A stretch of DNA of 64,000 nucleotides from Hypanus sabinus. Lineage: Eukaryota. The notes under the pieces were generated by a model. That model was given only the letters and a program-made list of their open reading frames with translations. It searched no databases and was not told the origin of the DNA. The position numbers and the translations under genes are program-made. The DNA lies in assembly GCF_030144855.1 (NCBI RefSeq), contig NC_082710.1:151404001-151468000 (forward strand), written 5' to 3'. The first letter of the stretch is position 1. Each line of letters opens with the position of its first letter. Shown here one piece after another: positions 24,500 to 35,278 of this stretch.

Positions 24500-24790
24500 C
24501 ACCTTCCTTTTACTTGACCTTGCTAGTGATTGGGGTACAATAATTTGACTTTCAAAGTATTTCATCACAGCAGATGCGGGTGCCACTGTGTGACAGTTAT
24601 TGAGGAAACTCAATCTGCTCTTCTTGGGCACAGGTATGATTGTTGCAGTTTTGAAGCAGATGGGAACTTCTGACTGCAGCAGTGAGAAATTGAAGATGTC
24701 CTTGAACAAACTTGCCAGTTGGTTGGCAGAGGATTTTAGCACCCTTACAAGCATCCCACCAGGACCTTACACCTCTTGAAAGATGTTCTG
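24500..24790 (-). mobile_element. Rex1/Babar-like LINE RT fragment
   Basis: ORF 24479..24754: QLASLFKDIFNFSLLQSEVPICFKTATIIPVPKK...VMKYFE. Confidence 0.8.
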
Positions 24791-24936
24791 AAGTTGGCCT
24801 CCAAGACACAGACCACATGCTCAATAGATGCTACATGGATTCAGAGAGGTGTAGTTTTGGAATCCCTTTCAAAATTTTATACTTCCTTTCAAAGCCATTC
24901 ATGATGTTAGGTTTTACCTTGTAGGAAGTTTCATTT

Positions 24937-25238
24937 GTGGTGGCATTCGTCAGTCTCGAGAGACCATGGATCTGCGCCTGGAGTTTCCAGGGTGCAGGCT
25001 TGGGCAGGGTTGTGTGGGAGACCGGCAGTTGCCCAAGCTGCAGGCCTCTCCACGCCACCGATGTTGTCCAAGGGAAGGGCACTAGGACCCATGCAGCTTG
25101 GCACCAGTGATGTCACAGAGCAATGTGTTGTTAAGTGCCTTGCTCAAGGACACAAACACGCTCCCTCAGCTGAGGCTCGAACCAGTGACCTTCAGGTTAC
25201 TAGACTGATGCCTTGCCCACTAGGCCATGCGCCAACAC
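24937..25238 (-). mobile_element. tRNA-derived CORE-type SINE with 11-bp TSD
   Basis: Reverse complement: A box TGGCCTAGTGG, B box GGTTCGAGCC, CORE-like GTGTCCTTGAGCAAGGCACTTAAC. TSD AAGTTTCATTT (24926-24936) / AAGTCTCATTT (25239-25249). Confidence 0.85.
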
Positions 25239-25639
25239 AAGTCTCATTTACTGCCCATTTAATGCTGAAACAGAGTCATGGAAGCAGAACATTCTGCTCA
25301 CTGTGTCCATGGCAACCATGAAGCACCCAGTTTTACACTAATCCAAACTTAACCCATTTTTATTCTCCCTACATTCCAACATTTCCCTCCAGATTCTACC
25401 ACATATATCATAACCAGTCAATTTACTGTGACCAATTAAACTACCAACTTACATGTACCTTGGAAGTAAAATAAGGAAGAGCATATTGAGGAAGAACATT
25501 TAAGTTTCAAATAGATTGCCTGGTGATCAATTGAGTTAGACATGAACAGGCAATTATGCAGGTTGTGCCTCTGTTAATGTTTGATGACAATTATGCCAGC
25601 ATCATTCGATCCCCCTTACCCTGTAGAACCTTATTACCA

Positions 25640-26195
25640 ATAAGATAAGACTGTAAGAATGAGGACTACAATTGTGTCACTCAGCCCATCAAGTTTGCTC
25701 CATATTCAATGATATGAACATTATCTTTCTTTCTGCTAGCCATGCCCACTGTAACCCTTATAGATCAAGAAATTATTAAATTCTGCCTTGAATACACCCA
25801 GACATTTAACATCAACTACTCTGAGGCAATGAATTCCACGGATCTGTCAATCTGGCTGAAGTAAATCCTCTTCATCTCAGCATCTAATGTCTTCTATTTA
25901 TTCTAAGGCTGTCCACCCAGATCATAAATTCTCCTAATAATGGCCAAATTTTCTCCAGTTGTACCCTACCCAGGCCTTTCAGTATTTAGTGGCTTTCAGT
26001 GAGGACCCCACCCCCCACCTCATCCTTCTGAACTGCATTGAGTACAGACTCAGAAATATCAAGTGTTCCTCATATGTTGAGGCTTTCTTTCCTGGGACAA
26101 TTCTTGTGAACTTTATCTGGACCCTTTCCAGGGCTAACATATCTTTCATTAGATACAGGGCCAAAAATTATTCAGAATATTCCACATACAGTTAT
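25640..26195 (-). mobile_element. CR1 3' fragment
   Basis: ORF 25979..26164: ALERVQIKFTRIVPG...LYSMQFRRMR, a typical CR1 ORF2 C-terminus. Confidence 0.7.
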
Positions 26196-26479
26196 CCTGT
26201 TACATTTACTCCTTTTCTACTTAAAAAGTCAGTACAATCAGATTTTAGGTTTAAAATCTCTAGTGTCATGGTAGTCCTCCCTGTGTTGACCAAAGTATTC
26301 AATCAACCTCTATCAGCTCTGACTTCCTGATTCTCCAGAATTTACATCCTTTGTTCAGATCTAGAAAGTTGAATGACATCCTCTAATCCTTCCTTTAAGT
26401 TACTTCTTAAAATACTCATTTAGTTACATGTTATAATATTGCATTTAAAATTAGGGTAGATGAAACTTCATCAATTGTT

Positions 26480-27075
26480 CAGAAATAGGGGGAGCAGCTT
26501 CAATTTCCTGGGTTCAAATATCTCTGAAGATCTATCCTGGGCCCTAGCATATTGATGCAATTACAAGGAAATTACATTAGGAGCTTGAGGAAAATGGGTA
26601 GGTCACCAAAGACATTTGCAGATTTCCACAGGTACACCATGGAGAGCATTCTATATGGATGCATCACTGTCTGGTAAGGAGGCACCATACCACAGGAGCA
26701 GGAAAAGCTGCATACAGAACTCTGCCATCTCCATCATGGGTACTAACCTCCCTAGTATTGAGGACACCTTCAGAAAGGTGGCATCTGTCATTAAGAACCC
26801 ACATCACCCAGGACATAGCCTCTTATCAATGTGACATCAGCAAAATGGTACTGGAGCCTAAAGACATGGACTCAACATTTCAGGAACAGCTTCTTCCACT
26901 CCACTCTCAAATTTCTGATTAGTTGATAGACCTATGAACATTTCTTGCACTGTTCCTCTCTTTTTGCACTGCTTAACTTATTGTACTACTTTTTGTAATT
27001 TATTGCTCTATTATTATGTATTGCAATGTTCTTCTGCCACAAAGCAAGAAATTTTAAGACATCTGTTTGATATTT
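26480..27075 (+). mobile_element. Rex1/Babar-like LINE 3' fragment
   Basis: FKFLG...LSW-type relic, IIK.PHHPGHSL motif (ORF 26616..26834) and AT-rich 3' UTR. Confidence 0.6.
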
Positions 27076-28239
27076 TAAACTTGATTCTGATTTTTTTCAC
27101 AATATGAAGTAAAATTGTGTATGCTAACAGTCTCAAAAGCTCTTTAACTTAACTTCATTAACAGAATTGCAATAACTATGTTACTGTTTACTTCCCCCAA
27201 ATTAGATTGTCAAGGAGAATATAATTGTTTCATACATAGCTGTCACTTCTGGCATCAATACTGAATTTTATTGCCAAGTTTATTGAACTTATCCTGTACC
27301 TTGGGTTTGTCTTGTAGAGTATCTGCCATACAAACATAACATGAGCAGGATGATATCATTTCACTCTGTTCTTGTTTACCATTCTATAAGATCATAGCTA
27401 ATCTTTGCAACACTTTTATATCTAATCCAAGTCTCCAACTTTTTCTAAAGCTGCATCGATCATTGTATTGAGTAATTGAATGATAAGAGCTCCCCTCAAA
27501 TTCCTGGGAGAACACATCACTCACAACTTTTCATAGTCCCAGAATGCATCCTGCACAGTCAAGACAGCTCACTAATGCCTCAAATTTCTGAGTAGGCTGA
27601 ATAGAGATAGACTTTGCACAGACATGCTCAGCATTCTACAGATATGCAATAGAGAATATCTTAACAGGCTGCATCACTGCATGGTATGGAAACTAAATGG
27701 CATCAGACAGAAAGGCAATGTGATCTGTAATCAATACTTCCAAATGAATCACTGGCAGTAGCCTACCAAAGGTCATGTATGCAGAAAGGTGTCAGAAAGT
27801 GGCCAGTAACAACATAAAAGATACCACAAATGCTGTTCATGGACTGTTCATCCTGTTGTTATCAGGAATGATTGTTGGGTTTTATCAGATTGAGGGTAAC
27901 AATTATTTCATTCTCCTTATACTTGTGTACAAGAAATAACATAAAACAATATTGAATCTTATACCTTGCATCAGTTAGAGATTGGCAATTGTGAAATTGT
28001 GAGCATCACTGAGCCTTAGCTGAGAGAACATTATATTTAGGAGCTCAGTATTCAAGGATACATTTATACAGAGAGAACAGGCAGTTAAGCATGATGGTAT
28101 GGGTTGGCTTAGTTAAGTAAGAAATTAAATCAAGTCCTTAGCAAGCGGTAATAGAAGATCAGAAAATGCAGAATACTTCTGGTGAGAGTTAATATAGGAT
28201 GAAAGACCATGATGCAAATTATATACAGACATCTGAATG

Positions 28240-29900
28240 TTGGCTAGGATGTGGAATATAAATTACAATGCAAGAAGGAAAAGGCATGTAATAAGGGCAA
28301 TGTTATCAAAGTCATGGGGGATTTCAATATGCAGGCGGATTGAGAAATTCAGGTTGCTACTGGATCCCAAGAGAGGGAACTTGTAGAATGCCAAAAAGAT
28401 GACTTTTTAGCTTGTTTTGACCCACTTGGGGAAATGCAATTTTGGATCAGGTGTTGTGTAATTAGCCAGATTTGATTAGGGAGTTTAAGGTAAAGGAACT
28501 CAAAGGAGTAGTGATTATAATATTATAGAATTCACCCTGCAGGTTCAGAGGGAGAAAATGAGGTCAGATATATTAGTATTGCAGTGGAATAATAGGAATT
28601 ATAGAAAAGAAATGAGAGGAAGGAAACTGGAGTTTCTGGGGACAAGGTACAGGATAGACACAAACCAAAGATGAATAATAAGTATTATAAAGGGGGGGAT
28701 GAGGCTCATAAGAGAAGACAAAGAGTGCATATAATATTGTAAAAGTCACTGGGAAGTGAGAGGATTGGGAAATTTAAAAACAGAAAGCAATTGGAAAGCC
28801 GTAAAGAGAAAAAGATTGAATATGAATGGAAGCTGGCTAATAATATAAAGATACAAAACATTTTTTTTCAGATATATAAAGAGTAAAAGATAGGTATGTG
28901 GACAATGAACCATTGGAAATTAATGCTGAAGGGATAGTAGAATGAAATAGTGGATGAAAATAATCAGTATTTTGCAACAGGTTCACTGTGGAATACACCA
29001 ATGGTATGTCAGAAAATCGAGTGCCGGGGGCATAAGTGAGTTTTAGTTCCTATTAATATGGAGATGCTGCTAAGGAAGTTGAAAGGTCTGAAAGTGGATA
29101 AGTCACCAGATAGAGTATATCACAGGGTTCAGAAACGGATAAATGAAGAGATTATGGAGATACCAATGATCTTTCAAGAATCACTAGATTCTGGAATGGT
29201 TCCTGAGCACTTAAAATTGCAACTGTCACTCCACTCTCAGAAGGGAGGGAGCAGTAGACAGGAATTAAAAGCTCAGTTATCCTGACTTCAGTGGTTAAAA
29301 AGATGTTGAAGTCTATTATTAAGGATGAAGTTTCACGGTACTGGGAGGCACATGATAAAATAGGCCAAAGTCAACATGGTTTTCGAAAGGGAACTTTTTA
29401 ATGAGGAGAAACCCAATCAAGGTAGACAAAGAATCAACTTGGATTTTCTGAAGGCATTTGACAAGGTGCCACATATGAGGTTGCTTAACATGAGTCCATG
29501 GTATTACATGAAAGATACTGACATGTATAGAAAAGTGGCTGGCTGGCAGGAGGCAAAAAGTGGAAATAATAGGTTCCTATTCTGGTTAGCTGCGAGTGAC
29601 TTGTGTGTATTGTGAGTGATTATTTTCATGTATTATTTCAATGATTTGGTTGATGCAATTTTACAGCTTTGTGGCTGTTCGCAGATGGCATAGCGATAAA
29701 TAAGGGGGAATATAGTGTTGTTGAAGTGAGGAGCCTGCAGAAATGCTTAGACAGACTGGGAGAATGTGCAAAGAAATGGAAGATGGAATATAGAGAATTG
29801 TTGCTTCCAATCTAGCAACAGAGACTAAGGGAAGATCTGATAGATGTTTATACAATTATGAGAGGCGTAGACAGAGAGACCAACTGATAAACTTTTTCCA
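28240..29900 (+). mobile_element. Heavily decayed CR1 (endonuclease to RT)
   Basis: VMGDFN relic at ~28310. ORFs 29058..29285 (LKGLKVDKSPD) and 29376..29615 (DFLKAFDKVPHMRLL). Confidence 0.72.
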
Positions 29901-30667
29901 GTGTCAAGCTTTCTAATGTTGCCCCCCAACACCACACGATAAGCCATTTCTGTATGTTCCAGAGCACACAAAATGAATGCCAACATTGCATTTGTCTTCC
30001 CTACAACTGATGAAACCTTTTGGGAATTCTGCACAGCAACTTCCAAATCATTATGCTCTTCTGATTTTTTAAATTTTCTAGCCATTTTCTAGTTTTCTAG
30101 TCTATGCTTTTATTCGTTCTACCAAAGCATAAATCCTTCTAACAAAGTACACCCCCCAAGATTCACCTATCGTCTGACATTCCTCATTCCTCACACCATT
30201 CAAATTTACTCAGTTTTTTTCTTCTTCCAGTGCTTCAAAAGGGTTTCATCCTGAAACTTTGACTGCACTTTTTTTTCTGATAGATGCTGCCTGGCCTGCT
30301 GTGTTCCTCCATCATATTGTGTGTGTTGATCAGATTTCAAGCGTCCACAGACTTTTTCTTGAAAATAATTGAGTTTATTTGAAGTGGAGCTGGATAGGTT
30401 CTTCATTAGTCAGAGCTTCAAAGCACAAGGCAAGTTGGGAGAAGAACATGTTTGAGAGGGAGAATAAATTGGCATGGTGGAACATCAGTGCCCTAATTCT
30501 GCCCCTATGTCTTATGGCCTTTTTTAACTTCTGTTGCTTTTTTGTTGTTTCCAAAGCAGCAGCAGAAACTGAGGGAAGATCTGACAGATATTTCTATAAT
30601 AATGAGATGTATAGACAGAGAGGGCAGTTGATAACCTTTTCCCACGGTCATGCTGTTTAATATTGAC

Positions 30668-30703
30668 ACCCCCCCCCCAAACACACACACACACACACAC
30701 ACA
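30668..30703. repeat. Poly-C run plus (CA)n microsatellite
   Basis: Seen directly. Confidence 0.9.
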
Positions 30704-31550
30704 AAATAGACCCTCTGTCATGCATCTCCTTTAAAATTACCTTCTCTCATACAGCTAAATAGAAAGGAAAGTTGTGCGGGGAGCAGGATGTTATTTTTAA
30801 AGAGAATGGAGGGTGTCTGAAATTTGTTGTCAGGATAGCAGTTGATGTAGAAATAATACAAGTATTTAAAACTCTACTGAATAGGCATATTAATTACATA
30901 GAACGGAGGAATATAGACCATATTCTGGACAAATGTATTAGATCTCTTCTATTTAATTACTTCCTCACAACATTTCAGGGCAAAGGGCTTGATCCTGCAC
31001 TACACTGAATTATGTTTAAATGCTCATGACTGATCTATTACTCTCTTCTAAGAAGAGAAAATCTGCAGATGCTGGAAACCCAAGCAGCACACACAAAATG
31101 CTAAAGGGACTCAGCAGACCAGGCGACATCTATGGAAAAGATGTTTCAGGCCAAAATCTATCTGGGAAGTAGTTGTAAGTTAGAGATTTCACTTCTCTTT
31201 CTGATAACATTTTGCCAACAAACATCGTTCTGTAAGTGATGAAGATGCAAGGTACGGCTTTCCGACTCTTTCACGTTGTATCCCCATTTTAATGAATAGA
31301 AATTAACATTGAGCGCAGTTTATGTTTCAGTCTTACGCTCCGGTAAAATGATGCCTAATGAAACCCGAAATGTTGTAAAACCAAAACAGGAGCTCCATTC
31401 TGGTGATAGATCAGTCTTAAGAGATTAAACACTACACTTACACAAACCTGAGCGCACTTTGCAGAGCACAAGCGGTTTGGACTACGAGCTCACTTCTGTT
31501 CAGTGGTGGCACTTCATTCAGTATAAATAAAACTAGTAAAGTGTACTTAC

Positions 31551-31602
31551 TGGATAGAACCACTTGCAAGTGGAAGAAACCCAGGACCACGCACAGGAAC
31601 AT
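31551..31602 (-). CDS. Leader (signal peptide) exon, most plausibly exon 1 of the MHC class I-like gene
   Basis: ATG at 31602, hydrophobic MFLCVVLGFFHLQVVLS, phase-1 consensus donor A|GTAAGT at 31551/31550. Joins in frame to the phase-1 alpha-1 exon (A+TG = Met, then SHSLIYY). An X-Y box lies immediately upstream. Confidence 0.75.
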
Positions 31603-31688
31603 CCTGAACTGTGCACTACGACTCACCAAGACTGGAGCGGAACTGAATCGGACTTCTCTCTCAAAGAGTCGGTACGGAAGCTTATGAC

Positions 31689-31731
31689 CCAATCAGAATG
31701 TAACTATAGTGTTTCGTCATCAGCCTCTAGG
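31689..31731 (-). promoter_or_regulatory. MHC-type X1/X2-Y promoter module
   Basis: Minus strand CCTAGAGGCTGATG (X1-like) overlapping TGACG (X2/CRE half-site), then 21 nt, then CTGATTGG (Y box, inverted CCAAT), 87 nt before the ATG. No convincing S box was seen. Confidence 0.68.
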
Positions 31732-33639
31732 CGGGCTGATTAGAATCTAACCTGCCTCAAATTTAAATTGTTATCTTTCACAGTAGTGTCATGAAACCAA
31801 GGGCTGAAAAATGTTCACGATAGCGCTCTTTAGCTGGAACGCTACTTGATCGGTATTGAAATCACACTTGGTCGTCGACAATGGGCAGAGCATGGGCTGC
31901 ACACTGTTGCATGGTCAATTAGCGAGAACCTACTCAATAGGATATTGGGATAAATCATACGACGGAGAAAATTATTAAATACTTGAAGCAAGTACTCCCC
32001 TGTAAATCACAATTCATTTCGTTCTTGCTGTATCAAGAGTTTCCATTTAAATCGTATACTTTAATGCCAGATTCGCAAATAGTTAGTGTCCACTTCAAAA
32101 CAAATTTCACGTCACATGCTGGTGATAATATACCTGATTCGGATTCTAATATAATGCGTGGCCCTTTTTTTTGTGGTGGACTGGGGGATATTGTATGCAT
32201 ACTCGCCCGCCTTGTAAAAACGATCTTTCTACATAATCTGCACCTGATGATCATATAAGATACTTTTAAAACCAAGAGAGAGGACGGCCGGCACTGTTTC
32301 CTCGGCAAGGTACTAAAATAAAGGCGGCATACCATGGCACCACTTTTTTTTTCAAAACCAGCTCAAGCAAATTATACAATCCAGAAAATCCCGGAATCAC
32401 ACAAAAAGCTGGAGAAGCTCGGTACGTTAAGTAGCATCGATGGAGGGAAATGACCTGTCGGCGTTTCAGATCCAAGTCCTTCACTTGGGCAGACTCCCTC
32501 GAACTTTTGTGTGTTTGTTTGGCCAATTATGGAAACGAATAATTGAAGAACTGGTGGCGTGTCTACAGATCTATCATCTATCAGTGAAAAAAAGGCCATT
32601 TCGCTGGGCACCCTTACCAGAATCTAATCGTAAAAATTGTCAGCGGTCCAACTTTGACAACGGATTCGGCACACATCATTCCCCAACATTTCAACACAGG
32701 CGAAAGCATTGGACTTAGTATTTCCTATTCCAACAATTAAGGAACAGATGCAAGTTTCATCCCATGCCATATACAAAGACAAATTGGCTGCGGACAACAC
32801 AGGTATGGAGTAAAGAAGCCAAGCAAAAGCGAACCGAAATGGTAGCAACGAAAAGTGAGCTGAAGTGGGACCTGTCCGAGCTAGTCGTAAATGAAAGTTC
32901 CTGGCTGTCAGAAATAAAAAAAGTGGCACTCTTCCCCCCTCGAAATTGCATCAACATCAAGTAGAAACATTTTCACTATAGAAGACTATAGATCTGGTAT
33001 CTCTCGAAAACAGAAACAAGAACTAAATTCTGGAAGAACTCTACGAACCTAGTAGCACAGGGGGCAGTGTCTGTGGGGGGAGGGGGATTGAGGAGAAATG
33101 ACACAGATCGGGTCGACATTCTGTAACTTTGCTAAGTCAGGAGAGGAAAGGAACTCAACTAAAGTCAGTGAAAGGGAGAAGAGTGGTGAGAGAGGGGCCA
33201 GTATGTGTCCGAGGCTTGCAATAGCATGAAGGGCTGATGAGGCCAGGTATGGGAGAGCTGGAGTCGGAGAGAAAGAGAGGCGGGGACAGGCGAGAACAGA
33301 AAAAGGAAAATGGACATGTGTGGGCGGAGGATTGTGGGATAGGCTAGGTGAAGTTGAAAAGTGATAAGCGTGAAACAAACCTTATGTTTGCGAATCTGAC
33401 GCCTCTATCGGACTTTATTTCCTGCACGTTCTTAAACTACCCCAGAAGTCGTTAAAATGCTGGTGAAAATAATTTTATACTTACTCCGCTCATACTGTTT
33501 CTTAGCACTTTTGCATGTTCACAATTAGCCACACCCCTCCAGTTCCAATAATTCGCGATTTATTACATCATTGAGTCACGCAGCGCGGAAACGACACCTC
33601 CGGTACAGAGCCCACCCCGACCATAAAGCAATTATTAAC

Positions 33640-33880
33640 ACATATCCCATCTCATTCGACCCACATTCCCAACAATACCCCCTCTACCTTTCGAATCCTC
33701 CCACTTACCCGCACATCAGGGGCAATTTGCGGTCATTTAACCTAGCAACCAGGACGCCTTTGGAATTTGGTAGGCAAACAAAGTAAACGACAAAATCCTC
33801 TACAGCAATGCACAAGGTTTACATTTGACATGAGGGCTGCGGCAGCACCCCCACTGTCTGTGTCGCTGCATTCTCAGTTG
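33640..33880 (-). mobile_element. Decayed SINE relic retaining CpGs
   Basis: Collinear with the relic at 25335-25500 and with the tail of the V-SINE at 3163-3432. Confidence 0.5.
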
Positions 33881-34174
33881 TTTTTGAACTGTGTATAGCG
33901 AGAAAAAAGTGAACACATCTGGTTCAATGATCGGGAAAAAAAGCAAACTAGCAAAGATAGTTAGTTGGGGGAAACGGCTTTGAAAAATATGAAAATGTTG
34001 AGGGCTTCACCGGTTGAGGCAGCGTTTAGTTACGGAGCCCAGGCTGCCCCTGAGAATGTAATGCTGAGCTGCTCTCTTGAAATGCTAAGTTATTTGAACT
34101 CTGCGTACACCCACATGTTGTTACGAAGGAGTTCCAGGATTTCGGTCCTGTGATGGTTTGGCGATGATGATATT

Positions 34175-34210
34175 CACTCGGTGGCCACTTCATTAGGTAC
34201 AACTGTACAC
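34175..34210. mobile_element. Tc1/mariner-type terminal repeat relic
   Basis: cactcggtggccacttcattaggtacaactgtaca resembles a Tc1-type TIR I recognise (CACTCAGTGGCCACTTTATTAGGTACA). No partner TIR was found. Confidence 0.45.
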
Positions 34211-34670
34211 GAGCTTACAAATGAAACTATCTCTACACCAGCTCACAACTCAATAGAATGTGGGAGTGGGAGACTGTTTAAGAAGAATACTGTGCATGTA
34301 AAACAGAACGGAGTCAATAGACGATAGACTATAGGTGCAGAAGTAGGCCATTCGGCCCTTCTAGACAGCACCACCAATCACTGTGATCATGGCGGCAGAT
34401 TATCCACAAACAGCACGCCGTTCCTGCCTTCTCCCCATATCCCTTGACTCCGCCATCTTTAAGAGCTCTATCTAATTATTTCGAAAGCATCCGGAGAATT
34501 GGCCTCCACTGCCTTCTGAGGCAGAGCATTCCACAGATCCTCAACTCTCTGGGTGAAAAAAAAAAATTCTCAACTAAATCGCCTACCCCTTATTCTTAAA
34601 CTGTGGTTCTGGACACCCTCAACATCAGGAACATGTCTCCTGCCTCTAGCGTGTCCAATCCATTAATAAT

Positions 34671-34766
34671 GAGTCTTGACGAAGGGTCCTGGCCCAAAAC
34701 GTCGACAGCGCTTCTCCCTATAAATGCTGCCTGACCTGCTGCGTCCCACAAGCATTTTGTGTGTGT
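34671..34766 (+). mobile_element. 96-bp hammerhead-headed Penelope terminal fragment with 11-bp TSD
   Basis: GAGUC-UUGACGA-A-GGGU(CCUG)GCCC-AAAACGUC-GACAG...tgtgtgtgt. TSD CCATTAATAAT (34660-34670) / CCCTTAATAAT (34767-34777). Confidence 0.85.
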
Positions 34767-35062
34767 CCCTTAATAATCTTATATGTTTAAATCAGATCCC
34801 CTCTCATCCTTCTAAGTTCCAGTGTATACAAGCACAGTCGCTCCAACCTTTCAACATATGACAGTCCTGCCATCCCAGGAATTAACCTCATGAACCTACG
34901 CTGCACCCCCTCAATAGCAAGAATGTCCATCTTCAAATTTGGGGACGAAAACTGCACACCATGCTCCAGGTGTGGTCTCACCAGGGCCCTATACAACTGC
35001 AGAAGGACCTCTTTGCTCCTATACTGAACTCCGGTTGCTTTGTTTTCTGCCTGCTGTACCTG

Positions 35063-35278
35063 TGTGGTGAACTACGTGTGCCTGTCTGGACACGCCCCCT
35101 TCTGACTACTCCTGTGGCTCCTCCCACAGGCCCCTGTATAAATGCGATCGAGGTCTGATGCTCGGCCTCAGTCTCCAGGATGTAGTATGATGGTCACTCA
35201 CTGCTGGTTCCTTCTTCCAGTCAATAAAAGCCGATATCTCGCCTTTACATCTCAGAGAGAGTTATTGATGGCGCATCA
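35063..35278 (+). mobile_element. Solo LTR, 216 bp
   Basis: TG...CA termini, perfect 5-bp TSD ACCTG (35058-35062, 35279-35283), TATAAA at 35137 and AATAAA at 35223. Confidence 0.92.

Larger units (their letters stand above)
31200..34320. promoter_or_regulatory. CpG-enriched region spanning the leader exon and ~2.7 kb upstream
   Basis: CG dinucleotides are visibly far more frequent than in the CpG-depleted flanks, even inside repeat relics. Judged by eye, not computed. Confidence 0.6.

Noticed and set aside
25150-25238. tRNA gene
   Set aside because: The A/B boxes belong to a SINE head with a CORE block, tail and TSD; there is no complete cloverleaf.
30225-30270. Additional hammerhead motifs (also ~10500-10530 and the reverse strand at ~32455-32495)
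   Set aside because: Same Penelope terminus family, but the CUGANGA core is destroyed, so they were not called as ribozymes.
31438-31692. 84-aa ORF as a standalone gene
   Set aside because: Only the internal ATG-to-GTAAGT segment looks functional. The ORF's nominal start overlaps the Y box and its tail is intronic.
31980-33380. Cluster of overlapping 60-110 aa ORFs upstream of the promoter as a hidden gene
   Set aside because: No recognisable domains or consistent splice structure, and parts are repeat relics. ORFs occur on both strands, as expected by chance.
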